Positions 46,601 through 55,063 of a stretch of DNA of 64,000 nucleotides are shown here, one piece after another. Within the stretch, counting starts at the first letter, position 1; every line of letters begins with the position of its first letter. The DNA is taken from positions 146,172 to 210,171 of the IMG/VR virus record IMGVR_UViG_3300034053_000029; one strand, given 5' to 3'. The notes under the pieces are model-generated. The model did no database searches, was not told the origin of the DNA, and saw only the letters and a list, made by a program, of their open reading frames with translations. The translations under genes were made by a program, and so were the position numbers. Origin of the DNA: a virus (lineage: Duplodnaviria > Caudoviricetes).

Positions 46601-47529
46601 CCAGATTCTTCGAATGTTCTCTTCGCTAGAAGTTTCTCAAATCTTGCATATTCGGTATCATCGCCTTTCTCAAACTGAATAACACCATTATTCAAACTGT
46701 ATAGAAGGATAAAGTCAACTCGTGTGTTATTAGCCTCATCAATGGTAGTATCCGTTGAGTATTCTCTCTTAGCAAGAGTTAGTGCAATCTTCAAGCGATG
46801 GGCACCAGGAGCAGTATAGTTTGTGCTTCCAATAGCATTATCGAATAGCGTTTCATCATCTGCTTCGGTTACGATTGACTCTTCAACATTTAATCCAATT
46901 TGAATAGTTGGTTTGTCTGTAGAATTGGAAACAACGATGATTTGGTCTTGAACTTGAATGAAGTATCCATTAGCGTAATAAACACCTTCAGAGATGCTTA
47001 CAACAGATGCTGATTGGGTAACTTGATATGTCTTTGATCCAGTTAAACCAAGTGCAGGGAACTCGACGGTAGTTAGAGTATCATTTGTTTCGAATGTTTC
47101 TTTACCTAGAGTGCCACCAGAGACGAACTTCACATAAATTATTGGTGGGTTTGAGGTAGTAACACCATTGCTTGTAGTCGTACTACTTGTTTCGGCATGA
47201 ATGATCTTTGCAGTTGTACCTGTTGCATTTGAAATATTCAATCCAATTAGACTTACGATGTAAGCATCAACCGAAGCCTCATTATATTTGCTCTCTACAC
47301 GAATTGCCTTTACCGAATTATCATAATAGGTGTGGCCTGGAAGAATGACAGTACCATTCTTGAAGAAATGGTTTCCCATCTTCTTAACCTGATCCTGAAG
47401 GATAGATTGTAATTGAGTAAGTTCTCTTGCCTGAATAGGTCTTGCAGGAACGAATGCAATTTTATGAAAACCCTTCGATGCATCGTAGTCATCGTGGTAT
47501 GGATATGAAGATAGGTTTACTGCTGTCAT
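40639..47529 (-). CDS. vrlC: VrlC/DUF4815-type large virion structural protein
   Basis: PYHDDYD..KGFHKI.F.P.RPIQARELTQLQSILQ.Q N-terminus; DKYGLDRLKNGF.V..F; DPLAQTF; LFKSQN.STWTA.Q..DL; C-terminal F.KFQIK...DLR.IALA. Confidence 0.85.
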   Translation of the reverse strand: MTAVNLSSYPYHDDYDASKGFHKIAFVPARPIQARELTQLQSILQDQVKKMGNHFFKNGTVILPGHTYYDNSVKAIRVESKYNEASVDAYIVSLIGLNISNATGTTAKIIHAETSSTTTSNGVTTSNPPIIYVKFVSGGTLGKETFETNDTLTTVEFPALGLTGSKTYQVTQSASVVSISEGVYYANGYFIQVQDQIIVVSNSTDKPTIQIGLNVEESIVTEADDETLFDNAIGSTNYTAPGAHRLKIALTLAKREYSTDTTIDEANNTRVDFILLYSLNNGVIQFEKGDDTEYARFEKLLAKRTFEESGNYIIDPFEFATYDFRNNERGDWVQNTAYLEGDLVTNGSNTYYSVTSGISGGTAPTHTTGTVSDGGISWTWIKNARQYKNFGKYINPVNYGFDITDALDKEKEADNSFIVDTKSGVAYINGFRTEIKGVASKVVDKARTSKEIFNSQLVAPNPFVVYATNLANNSAQTPITSIPNIQALDSFNIQDIDSVTIGTCNVKSVETTSTAYDDEIYKVSIFNIKMNTDKEFAYNAFKLVGTGTSSAATIVLSRQLIKLNGSYSSSTTTVTGENGANFETEVRVGNYVSVGTRTKTLHKVTSITSSVQMSVTPAPSPALSNQDLYVNIVSFTKGADTYVSQLPKTNIKTLRSVDANGNTNTSYRCIKQITQNSTAAGGLVHTLPPGEKFMPSGHFLYKDNTTTSVVILDAWISGDGSTLTVPNSSLDASQTYRIHAKITKSNVAAAERQKNFKSITVYVFADGVWSTPNKTGGTQLTWIPEYAKNNYKRKDWINLGKADVIRVNSIHAMAADAVVWADATATDMTSYFDLDSGQRPEFYDFGAVKLKNTSAVITGPLRISYDYFEHTSGDYFTVDSYVDIPYALIPTIELNKKRLNLRDCVDFRIRVNDSSVGSKFSMVGDTMQTNEIFVFDFSYYLGRKDMLVLKPQNQLEYIYGTPAEFPQLPSVNIVGDSMPILSLDIAPYTHDAETEVTYKVLGNKNYTMKEIEKLEKRLSNVEDYVQLTLLEQNTAKYDVKDKYGLDRLKNGFYVVEFNDNNVHINMGSNTADYRCNVDPAYAACIPGRFTTEYPVLISNTNSEIADSVGSVADMAMYPNLLMTLRPTAMSKFNLKGVVDATQPKLTSKINVNPFNAFHYFGRSNVYPSVDTWRNSVLRSETLFTTSGSLGVSSAQARTGTFEQAAASFRSAWNNGSAINTFALNPDTLNQRLGGNTLSTSTLNQSWFNGWFQGQWGAQSTQTGDSNLWNSAWNGAWWGLTSSTINLNTNSLSPSNVELASVQPRAFSHAETDTTIRPRTLVHVARNLMPNMHHDVNFDNMSWAFGGSFRVHRPLKVTITGSTLSGASVAAGTTIDSLVTSRMFKFYDEFSVYGSNANVESSASTLDNKWTINTVTSWSSHRTFANWTGMNYDNAFYGQLVKLTSGADCYGILVGWEHTATNTVDLFIFPTSSNKDTLYALAENTAITVEFQNENASGTTTVLSPFMKFTGAQKQLLTDWTSPLTSTTSGRYIPKSTSQGNLYFLIQILPDVFRTGERKVTLSKLITSSNVAAAKTTAIKVAAEETVSSDSSAECTYTGTGITEIHVEKFTYRLLANFSMNNVSQLWQWRWGDPLAQTFRIKKNDTVNTDFIMVDNIEIFIATKPSARHEISVSIIRTDNGYPAPELAAEHAVSTKFSVDPDVYVATLANSFQSTVFRFPAPVLLRTGEEYAIRIMAPTTNGFEVWCSEMGKISVNYLGQVITEQQADGSLFKSQNSSTWTADQYADLGAIINVVNYPTDMPTAVQLRTELGGANPVPGYNGISAPSTFVPNSYTQIQDEFRVLPTNAFGANGTNNTIKVYHPYHQFYSSVKGSSFVRLTTIVTDTSSDTLTHAIKAVIDNYYFKVENAKPNSYELNLNNRYELVNGILTVTDVTATINALGTKPSSGGVRRWGSNMWGISGGGYFDLFKLNAGTMVLPDTDLYFTAKMVTHNATTGYVLDSAYTTIPANQDIQGTGQFVSFLGGEVQRHKLNTDASFDVGAASANTQSQYGHNFRLHCSTNNKWISPIVLLPSLTLSVARNLARTHADTDNVSGTTDFVTILSGESCVFATSDDSITVPLSTNTITHFMIGGRLEITGTSSNNVSCNIIGLDVETRKVYVDANLVNETAAATTLKMGMEFISESNPGGGTSQSKFISREIELAETSSSLHITVAMSTPTGTDLELWYRTSSQDLRDARWYQHTYTTVPTNDSRTFYENRLEINNLAEFTKFQIKFVPVSTNQNYASFKDLRVIALA

Positions 47530-47541
47530 TTAGATTCCTTT

Positions 47542-49113
47542 TTAAAATTCAATGACGATTAAAAATGTTTCAGACTGCTGAACTGCTCGTGTAATTGGTC
47601 TTCTGTAATCAGTATATATGATGTCTCCAGAACCATATAAGGCATCTGGTAGTGTGATCGAATCATTAACAACGTAAGTGCCACCACTAGAAACATTATA
47701 TGTCGCCAACGTTGGGTCTTCATTTGAGCCAGTTGCAGGAACGTCGAAATCAGTCTGAACGCATCTTACGATTCCCTTTGCTGCTGACGTTGTTCCTGAG
47801 TCAACCACTCGTAAAACGCATTTGTTATTTGTATGGGTTAGTAATGCACCAGAATTCACTCCACTTGGTGGCGTTGCTGATATTAAACCATACGTCATAT
47901 CTAATTTATTTATTGTTGCTAGTGTACCTGCTTGAAGTTTTGGATTTGAAACCAAACACACTTTGCGGTATTCACTTAACGTAGTAATATCCGCACCATG
48001 ATCTACTGAGCTAGAATAATCGTTTTCATCGTCATAAATTGTCGTTGCGATCATTACGTTGAATGCATTTAACGTTTTAACCGGATCAACACCAAGACCG
48101 TACAATGGTGACAAGATTGCGGTTGCTTGGGCACCTGTACCACCTGCAGCAACAATTTGTACCGTTGCCCATGTGTATCCAGAGCCAGGGTTTGTTATTA
48201 CGATATTCTCAAGTGTTCCACCAGAACCAAATATGACAACGTATTCCAATCCAGAACCATCACCAATGATTTTAACTAATGCCGTTCCTGATCCATCAAC
48301 AGCAACCGTACCTGCCACTGGATTTTTGATTTCATAGTCTCCAGAAGAACCACCATTGTATCCAGAACCTCTTTGATTCCTTGGTACGAGTACGCTATAA
48401 ATTCCACCCTTATATGATGCAGAATTTACTTGTAATGTATATTGGTCTGCACTATTTCCAGTAGCGGTATCCGTCGTTGTTTGCACTGGATAATAATCAA
48501 CCGTGTTAAACGTTGCAACCAAATCAACTGAGTTTCCAACTTCTAACCAAACATAACCGTCAGAACAGTATTTAATTCCAGTTGTGGATGGTGTTGTATA
48601 TGTTCCAACAGTTCCTGGGACGGTAGTAGTACCCAAATCTGGATTGACAGTTGAAGGAACGATGTTTCCGCTGTTATCCTTTTTATTGTAAAGACATACA
48701 TACACTTTGTTTGATGACGTTGAGCAATAGTATGCAACTTGCGACATGTCGGTTGGAACTTCACCATTAACATCAGACGTTACTGAGTTATTAGCAGGAG
48801 AAGTAGAGTACCCATTCCAATCGGCACGATAAATGTCCCATAAGGAGTTTGCAGACCATACACGCTTAGGTACGCAATGAGAAATATTCTGAGCGAATAT
48901 TCTCTTCATGAACATCAAGTCTGCCCAATCTTTAGATTCAGTTAATACGTTATTTCCTGGTGGGAGTGGATTATCATCAAGCGCACCCCATTGAGTAGGT
49001 CTACCTATACCAAGATATAATGAATTCGAATAAACATTACTAACTGGAAGCAAAGAAGAGATAAACTTTCTTGCATTGTGAACTCTAAAATTATTTCTAA
49101 CGATTGCTGTCAT
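47542..49113 (-). CDS. gp8: Baseplate wedge subunit
   Basis: AIV...FRV.NA..F...LYL.IGR...W...P.P; VY.C..N; DGY.W; G.G.DPV..L.A..V; YR...L..NP; SGDIIY.D.R.PITR...Q.E...IVIEF. Confidence 0.9.
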   Translation of the reverse strand: MTAIVRNNFRVHNARKFISSLLPVSNVYSNSLYLGIGRPTQWGALDDNPLPPGNNVLTESKDWADLMFMKRIFAQNISHCVPKRVWSANSLWDIYRADWNGYSTSPANNSVTSDVNGEVPTDMSQVAYYCSTSSNKVYVCLYNKKDNSGNIVPSTVNPDLGTTTVPGTVGTYTTPSTTGIKYCSDGYVWLEVGNSVDLVATFNTVDYYPVQTTTDTATGNSADQYTLQVNSASYKGGIYSVLVPRNQRGSGYNGGSSGDYEIKNPVAGTVAVDGSGTALVKIIGDGSGLEYVVIFGSGGTLENIVITNPGSGYTWATVQIVAAGGTGAQATAILSPLYGLGVDPVKTLNAFNVMIATTIYDDENDYSSSVDHGADITTLSEYRKVCLVSNPKLQAGTLATINKLDMTYGLISATPPSGVNSGALLTHTNNKCVLRVVDSGTTSAAKGIVRCVQTDFDVPATGSNEDPTLATYNVSSGGTYVVNDSITLPDALYGSGDIIYTDYRRPITRAVQQSETFLIVIEF

Positions 49114-49137
49114 GTCTTATTCCTTAATATATCCAAT

Positions 49138-49145
49138 TATTTATG
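49138..49145 (-). promoter_or_regulatory. T4-type late promoter (CATAAATA)
   Basis: Overlaps the gp7 stop; upstream of the AAGGA RBS of gp8. Confidence 0.55.
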
Positions 49146-52100
49146 GTTGTGCATACGAGAATGTGGTCATTTGACTAAAACCAATTTCTGCAGGGTGAGT
49201 TTGATCCAAAGTGAATTTAATATTCATCGTTCCTGTAATGGAATCGCCGCCACCTTTAACAAATGTTATTGTGTTATTCGTAATCGAACTGATAGTGAAA
49301 TACTTATATCCACCACTCCATTCAACTAGAATAACATTACCACCCATTAAAGTATGTGTCCCTGGTAATCCTGTAACCGTCACATCATTTCCAGATATTT
49401 CATATGCAACATTTGATAATCTAACGTGCTGACCAAATTGTCTTGGTACGCTACTAGTAGTTCCATACTTCAAGTTTCCAGTAGCACGGCTTCCAACAAC
49501 AACGGTATCTATGACGAAATTATTTGTCGTTGCGCTAACAACATTACAATACATACTTGCCACTTCAGCATTCACCGTTCCATCGTTTGGAAGATCGACA
49601 TATACGAAAGTATTTGGCCCAGGAATTATTCCATGTGAGTTATGAGTAACGGTAACTAGATTTGATGAACGAGTAAACGCACATGTATGCAATTCGTCAT
49701 ATAGTTTGATTGCAATGATGGTTCCAGTAGATGAAATTGTCTCTTGGGTGTCATCATAGAATTCAAAGTTGTTAGGATCAACTACATTAGTCACAACGAA
49801 TGAACGATTCTCAAATTTAGCATGACTTGGGTTTGTTATAGTGAAACCATCACCGACCTTGAATCCGTGAGCAGTTGCAGTAAAAGTCACATCATTTAAT
49901 AGCTGAGAATATGATCCTGAAATATGTGATGTTGATAATCTGACATCAGCAGGTTGAGCCAATCCATACCACACAGTGTAATCTTTTGGATCAGACTCTG
50001 GAGATGGTTTCCACTCTCTATATTCTGGATAAGTCCATAGGTCAAAATCTGACATAGGTATCGAAAGAACATTTATCGAATGATCTGCTGCGGTGGCGTT
50101 TGTATTAAATCTCTTTGCATATACCTCTTTAGAAGCAGTCTCATCATATTGACGCAAGTAATACAATGACCCAAGGGCACCAATGATAGCCAATGCAATA
50201 TAGTTTGCAGTTTGACCTTCAAGTATCTCAGGAATACCTGCTTGTAATTGATTGATGATGTATGTTTCATCTTCAACGATACCACTCAAATAGTATCCTG
50301 CAGGATGTACGGTATGACGTAGCATATCACCATAAGTCTTTACGTCCAATCCAGTTTTAACTTCATATGAGTAATCCTGAACATTTCGACTATTGATTAC
50401 ACGCATACCTTTTTGGTTGAGAAGACCTTTATTTGAAGTGAATATTTTCTTGGTCTTTCCAATACTCATTTGGTTTGCAACGCTATTAGCTTTGGATGAC
50501 CACAATATTTGAGCTTTGGCACCGTAACTCTTACCGTACATAGCATTGTTTTGATTGATTGTAAATTGGAACTCTGTAACAATATCAAATCCTTCGAATG
50601 CTCCACCTTCTGCTAAGTACGATGTGTCCTGAATGAAGTCATACATGTTATCTGCATTTTCCAACCACATCATATTTCTGGTCGAATCGATCTTTATGAT
50701 CTTTGCAAGTTTCTCAGATTGAACTAAATCGGTTGCATCATATGTACCACTCAAACGAATATACGTTCCTGCAGGAATAATTGATCCACAAGATGCAGTT
50801 ATTGTTTTTGTATATTGGTCAATCTCCATTACTGTGAAAATTTTGCCACGAATGTTTGCATGGAACTTTGGATCATTCACGATGGTTAATACCTGACCCA
50901 CGTTAAATGCAATCGTGTTAAACGTTGAAGTGAAGTTTAAAGTCACTTGCGAAGTCCCTGTTGATGTAACTCCAACAAAGATTTCTCCAATGTTTGCTGT
51001 CGATGATCCTGATGAAATTCCTACCTGTTCATTTATCTTGAATCCATAAGTGGAATCAACCAATACCACCAATGGATAAACCACTTCAGGAGATTCATAG
51101 TATCCATAACCAAATTTTGTTTGATTGAGTGTTCTAATCGATCCGATTGATCTGCTTGATGCTAGTAATTTTGCCCCGATTGCAGGATTAGGTCTTCCAT
51201 CAACACCGATCATGTCGAGAATAACATTACCATTTCCATCAATGGTTTGTGTGGATTCAAAGTGCTCACAACTAAGAAGTGGGAATCTTCTGAAACCAGA
51301 ACCACCTTTATTCACTTTGACTTTTGATATGGCACCAACACCAGACTGGTCAACGACTTCTAAGGTAGGCAATGACGTATAGTTTTTATTCGTATTGGCT
51401 ACAGCATTAATCGTTATGGATTTGATTTGACCAGAACCATCAACTTGTGGGGATACTGATGCTTCTGCACCTTCACCACGAATATAGACTTGAGTAAATT
51501 TATTGTATCCAGAACCAGGAACTGAAACGGTGACACTATCAATTTTTCCAGATGATCCGAGTTCGATGATTGGAGAAGCACCTGCACCATCACCTATAAC
51601 TGCGTAAGGAACTCCATTTAAATTAATTGATCCAGAACCAGTGGTAGATGCGATTGGAATAGTAAATGTGTTAGCATCGACAAACGTAACAACATACACT
51701 CCATCAGCAGGTTTTGGTGATCCTGTGAATGTTGCTCTAACTTTGCTTCCAGAAATGAACCCATGACCAGTAATACTGATTGTGGCAACGATACCTGCGG
51801 CAGACCATGTTCCAGAAAAATCTAGGAAATTGTTACCTCTTGGATATACCCATGCAGCAGGTTGTCCGTTCAATGTGGCAATCTTACCAAACATATCAAC
51901 GTAGTAATTTAGTAGGGCAGCATTACCACCAACTATTTGTTCAGTTTTGTATAGTAGTTGTTGTGGATTTCCTTTATCATCAACCACAGTTTTCCATGGA
52001 TCAGACTGATTTATTATAAATGCATTAGCAGCACCAACGTAATCCACTCTAAGTTGATCTACTCCGGTAAACACATTGGCAACCAAAGTTGCAGGTGATG

Positions 52101-55062
52101 TGCTACTTCCATCAATGTAGATGTTTGTTGTGGAAGGCTTATATCCATATCCTGGCTTGATAACATCGACTTTTACGATTGCGCCTGCACCATCAATTAC
52201 AACATCGGCATCGACTTGAGCTTGACCTAGTGTTAATGTTGGTTTGTTAATCGTATATGTGAAGTTTGATGAAGTATAACCAGAACCACCATTGGTAACA
52301 TTAACTCCTGTCAATATTCCATTTTCATTTATCACTAACGTTGCTGCCCCACTTACAACACCGTTACTCAATTCGATTACACTTTGAGAATGGTATCCAG
52401 AACCACCACTAGCAACAACGATACTCTCTATGATCCCACCACTAATGATTGGGTATAGTATTGCACCTTCACCAACTCCAGAGGTAGAATCTACGATAGT
52501 TTGAACAGGATGTAGATATCCCTCGCCTGGTTCAATGACGGCAATGCTCTTGATCTTATATGTCAAGTCAATTTTTAGATCGTATCCAGTTGCAGATTTA
52601 TGTGATATAGGAATATTGACTGAACTAGATGGTAGAGAAACATAATCACCGTTGGTAACGACTGACATTGCCGTTACCATTCCAGTTGTTGCTGTATCAC
52701 ATATTGCTTGAGCGATACATCCAGAACCATCTTTACCTTCTAGAATTTGAATCGTGGTGGTTCCTAGAGTATACCCTTCGCCACCATTAACAATTTGCCA
52801 CCCTTTAATCGAACCAAGTATGCTATATGCGCCTGGGTTAGTACTCAAGAAATATTTAAATGATGTTGCATTAATTTTTGATGCAGTATATTTCCCATTA
52901 TATCCAGATGGAGTAACACCTGTTATGGTTATCTTTGCACCATCCTTGATATTGTGTGCCGCACCTGTAGTCACCGTAACATAACTATTTGACCAAACTA
53001 TGTTTGTTATGTTAATTGAATCGATTAGTTTTCCGTCAGCTTCACTCGAATTGACTATGATTTCTGCATTTTTCTTACCAGTTCTATCACCGGTAGCAAT
53101 GACCTTTGCAATTGGGTTTCGATAGTTGTAACCAACATTTCCTCCGGTGAAATCTAGTCCATCGATCACACCACTAGTCATTGTCTCATTTACAACGGCA
53201 CCAAATCCATTAATCAAAAGATATGCATTTACCAAATTAGCCGCAGGAGTGGGAGCAGTAACAATTTCAATGTCATCGATTCTCTTAAATGCGGTACTCG
53301 TATCTAAGTTGATTGCATATGGGTTGGTCCCTTTTGTTCCATACGTCGTAATAGTAAGTCCTGCGATTGGAGTGATTGCTCCGGTTATTGATATTGCTCC
53401 ACCAGAATATGATACTTGAGTTGATGGAACAAGTACGGCAGTTTGAACGGCATTATAGCTTGTTCCCGATTTGAGTATTTTGAATTTTGTTAACGTTGGT
53501 GTTCCTGCCGTGGTTACAGCATCAACGTTAAGTTCTAGATTGGGTAATGAAGGAACTTGAATCCTATCATTTACTGTATAGTTTGTTCCACCATCTTTTA
53601 TGATAATGTTATGAACTTCCATTGTAGGATGCAATCTGGCACCATATCCATCAACCTTCTCAACTTCAACGTCAAACTCGGTCAATGTTATTGTGTTTTC
53701 TGGATCAAGTGCTAATGATACTTTATCCCCAATTTGATATCCTGTACCACCAGCAATAACATGAACCGCATCAACACTTCCTGTAACAATGTCTCCGACG
53801 AATGCATTAGCATCACCACCACTTCCACCTGTCAGAGAAACAGGAATTCCTTCGTGGTATCCTGCACCAACGTCAATATGCTCGAAGTTAGAAATACATT
53901 CAGACACAACACCCAAACAATAATCGTTTGTCGTTAGATGTGAATCTTCTTCTGCTTTCGTTACGATGTAAAGCACATCACCATGTGAACATGTTCCGGT
54001 GACATTTGTTATCACGAGATCATAAAAGAGATCATTTCCAGATTGAGTATATGCGATTATAGATTCGATCTCTGCTCTAAAGGTGTCACCTAGAGTTTCA
54101 ATGATCAATCCTTTAAATAGGTCTAGTTGCTTTGATGCATTAATTCTTAGCGTATTGACCTCATTTGCAACAGTGGCATTACCTGTGCCTGTCATTGATT
54201 CTGTTAGAAGGAATGTTAGTTGAGTATCTGATGGCACAGAATACACCGTATATGTCCCATCAGCAGGTTTTGGTGCACCGGTAAAGGTTGCGTTAATGGT
54301 ATCTCCAACAGACCTGCCATGGCTTAATGTAAAGGTCATGGTGACGATTACTTCACCTGTTGCTGCCCAAGTTGCCGATCTGGAAACATCAACACCCTCA
54401 ACGGTGTGATAATCTTGTACTTCAACGAATGTTGGGTTTGCCGTTCTCTTTATTGCCTTAACGTTTCCATTAATGGAAAATTGACCATTCAAATATCTTG
54501 GGTCAAATTTTAGAACATAGAACTTTCTACCATCACCCAACACACGGTATGATGCTTCTTGAATAATTACTGATGCATTAGTTGAAGGTTGAACAAGTTT
54601 GGAACCCAAACAAAGATTAAAGTCGTTCGTAATATTATCTTGAACTTCAACCGAAATATATCCATCTTGCAGATATTCATTATCAGATGCCCTGAGAACA
54701 TGCTCTGACATATTAGTTCTCTTAGCAGTTTCTCCGTATACTGCTTGCATGATAAAGTTTAATGATTCTTCAGAACCCTTTGATTGTAGGAATAATTTAA
54801 TATTCTTAATCAATAGTGATTTATCGACAACTGACCCTGCAGGAATATATTTTGAAATCTTTGAAATAATCAATTCCAAATATTCTTCATGGGATTGATC
54901 TACGTCAATATTCTCATCAATATTGCGAATGAAATCTAATGAACTACCAGTGCTATCAAGCCACTCATAATAATATTTGATAAACTCTAAAAATCTTTCG
55001 TTAGAAGCAACCCATTCTGGAATTCTTCTTTCAATAACTTCAGATAACTTAGGTTTTACCAT
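49141..55062 (-). CDS. gp7: Baseplate wedge initiator (gp7-like), expanded
   Basis: F..FIK.YYEWL...IK..LQSKGSE.S..F....YG...LRASD N-terminus; many G.GY/I..I.V..GGSGY repeats; QDYSYEVK....Y...L...VHPAG; position between gp6 and gp8. Confidence 0.85.
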   Translation of the reverse strand: MVKPKLSEVIERRIPEWVASNERFLEFIKYYYEWLDSTGSSLDFIRNIDENIDVDQSHEEYLELIISKISKYIPAGSVVDKSLLIKNIKLFLQSKGSEESLNFIMQAVYGETAKRTNMSEHVLRASDNEYLQDGYISVEVQDNITNDFNLCLGSKLVQPSTNASVIIQEASYRVLGDGRKFYVLKFDPRYLNGQFSINGNVKAIKRTANPTFVEVQDYHTVEGVDVSRSATWAATGEVIVTMTFTLSHGRSVGDTINATFTGAPKPADGTYTVYSVPSDTQLTFLLTESMTGTGNATVANEVNTLRINASKQLDLFKGLIIETLGDTFRAEIESIIAYTQSGNDLFYDLVITNVTGTCSHGDVLYIVTKAEEDSHLTTNDYCLGVVSECISNFEHIDVGAGYHEGIPVSLTGGSGGDANAFVGDIVTGSVDAVHVIAGGTGYQIGDKVSLALDPENTITLTEFDVEVEKVDGYGARLHPTMEVHNIIIKDGGTNYTVNDRIQVPSLPNLELNVDAVTTAGTPTLTKFKILKSGTSYNAVQTAVLVPSTQVSYSGGAISITGAITPIAGLTITTYGTKGTNPYAINLDTSTAFKRIDDIEIVTAPTPAANLVNAYLLINGFGAVVNETMTSGVIDGLDFTGGNVGYNYRNPIAKVIATGDRTGKKNAEIIVNSSEADGKLIDSINITNIVWSNSYVTVTTGAAHNIKDGAKITITGVTPSGYNGKYTASKINATSFKYFLSTNPGAYSILGSIKGWQIVNGGEGYTLGTTTIQILEGKDGSGCIAQAICDTATTGMVTAMSVVTNGDYVSLPSSSVNIPISHKSATGYDLKIDLTYKIKSIAVIEPGEGYLHPVQTIVDSTSGVGEGAILYPIISGGIIESIVVASGGSGYHSQSVIELSNGVVSGAATLVINENGILTGVNVTNGGSGYTSSNFTYTINKPTLTLGQAQVDADVVIDGAGAIVKVDVIKPGYGYKPSTTNIYIDGSSTSPATLVANVFTGVDQLRVDYVGAANAFIINQSDPWKTVVDDKGNPQQLLYKTEQIVGGNAALLNYYVDMFGKIATLNGQPAAWVYPRGNNFLDFSGTWSAAGIVATISITGHGFISGSKVRATFTGSPKPADGVYVVTFVDANTFTIPIASTTGSGSINLNGVPYAVIGDGAGASPIIELGSSGKIDSVTVSVPGSGYNKFTQVYIRGEGAEASVSPQVDGSGQIKSITINAVANTNKNYTSLPTLEVVDQSGVGAISKVKVNKGGSGFRRFPLLSCEHFESTQTIDGNGNVILDMIGVDGRPNPAIGAKLLASSRSIGSIRTLNQTKFGYGYYESPEVVYPLVVLVDSTYGFKINEQVGISSGSSTANIGEIFVGVTSTGTSQVTLNFTSTFNTIAFNVGQVLTIVNDPKFHANIRGKIFTVMEIDQYTKTITASCGSIIPAGTYIRLSGTYDATDLVQSEKLAKIIKIDSTRNMMWLENADNMYDFIQDTSYLAEGGAFEGFDIVTEFQFTINQNNAMYGKSYGAKAQILWSSKANSVANQMSIGKTKKIFTSNKGLLNQKGMRVINSRNVQDYSYEVKTGLDVKTYGDMLRHTVHPAGYYLSGIVEDETYIINQLQAGIPEILEGQTANYIALAIIGALGSLYYLRQYDETASKEVYAKRFNTNATAADHSINVLSIPMSDFDLWTYPEYREWKPSPESDPKDYTVWYGLAQPADVRLSTSHISGSYSQLLNDVTFTATAHGFKVGDGFTITNPSHAKFENRSFVVTNVVDPNNFEFYDDTQETISSTGTIIAIKLYDELHTCAFTRSSNLVTVTHNSHGIIPGPNTFVYVDLPNDGTVNAEVASMYCNVVSATTNNFVIDTVVVGSRATGNLKYGTTSSVPRQFGQHVRLSNVAYEISGNDVTVTGLPGTHTLMGGNVILVEWSGGYKYFTISSITNNTITFVKGGGDSITGTMNIKFTLDQTHPAEIGFSQMTTFSYAQP

Positions 55063-55063
55063 A

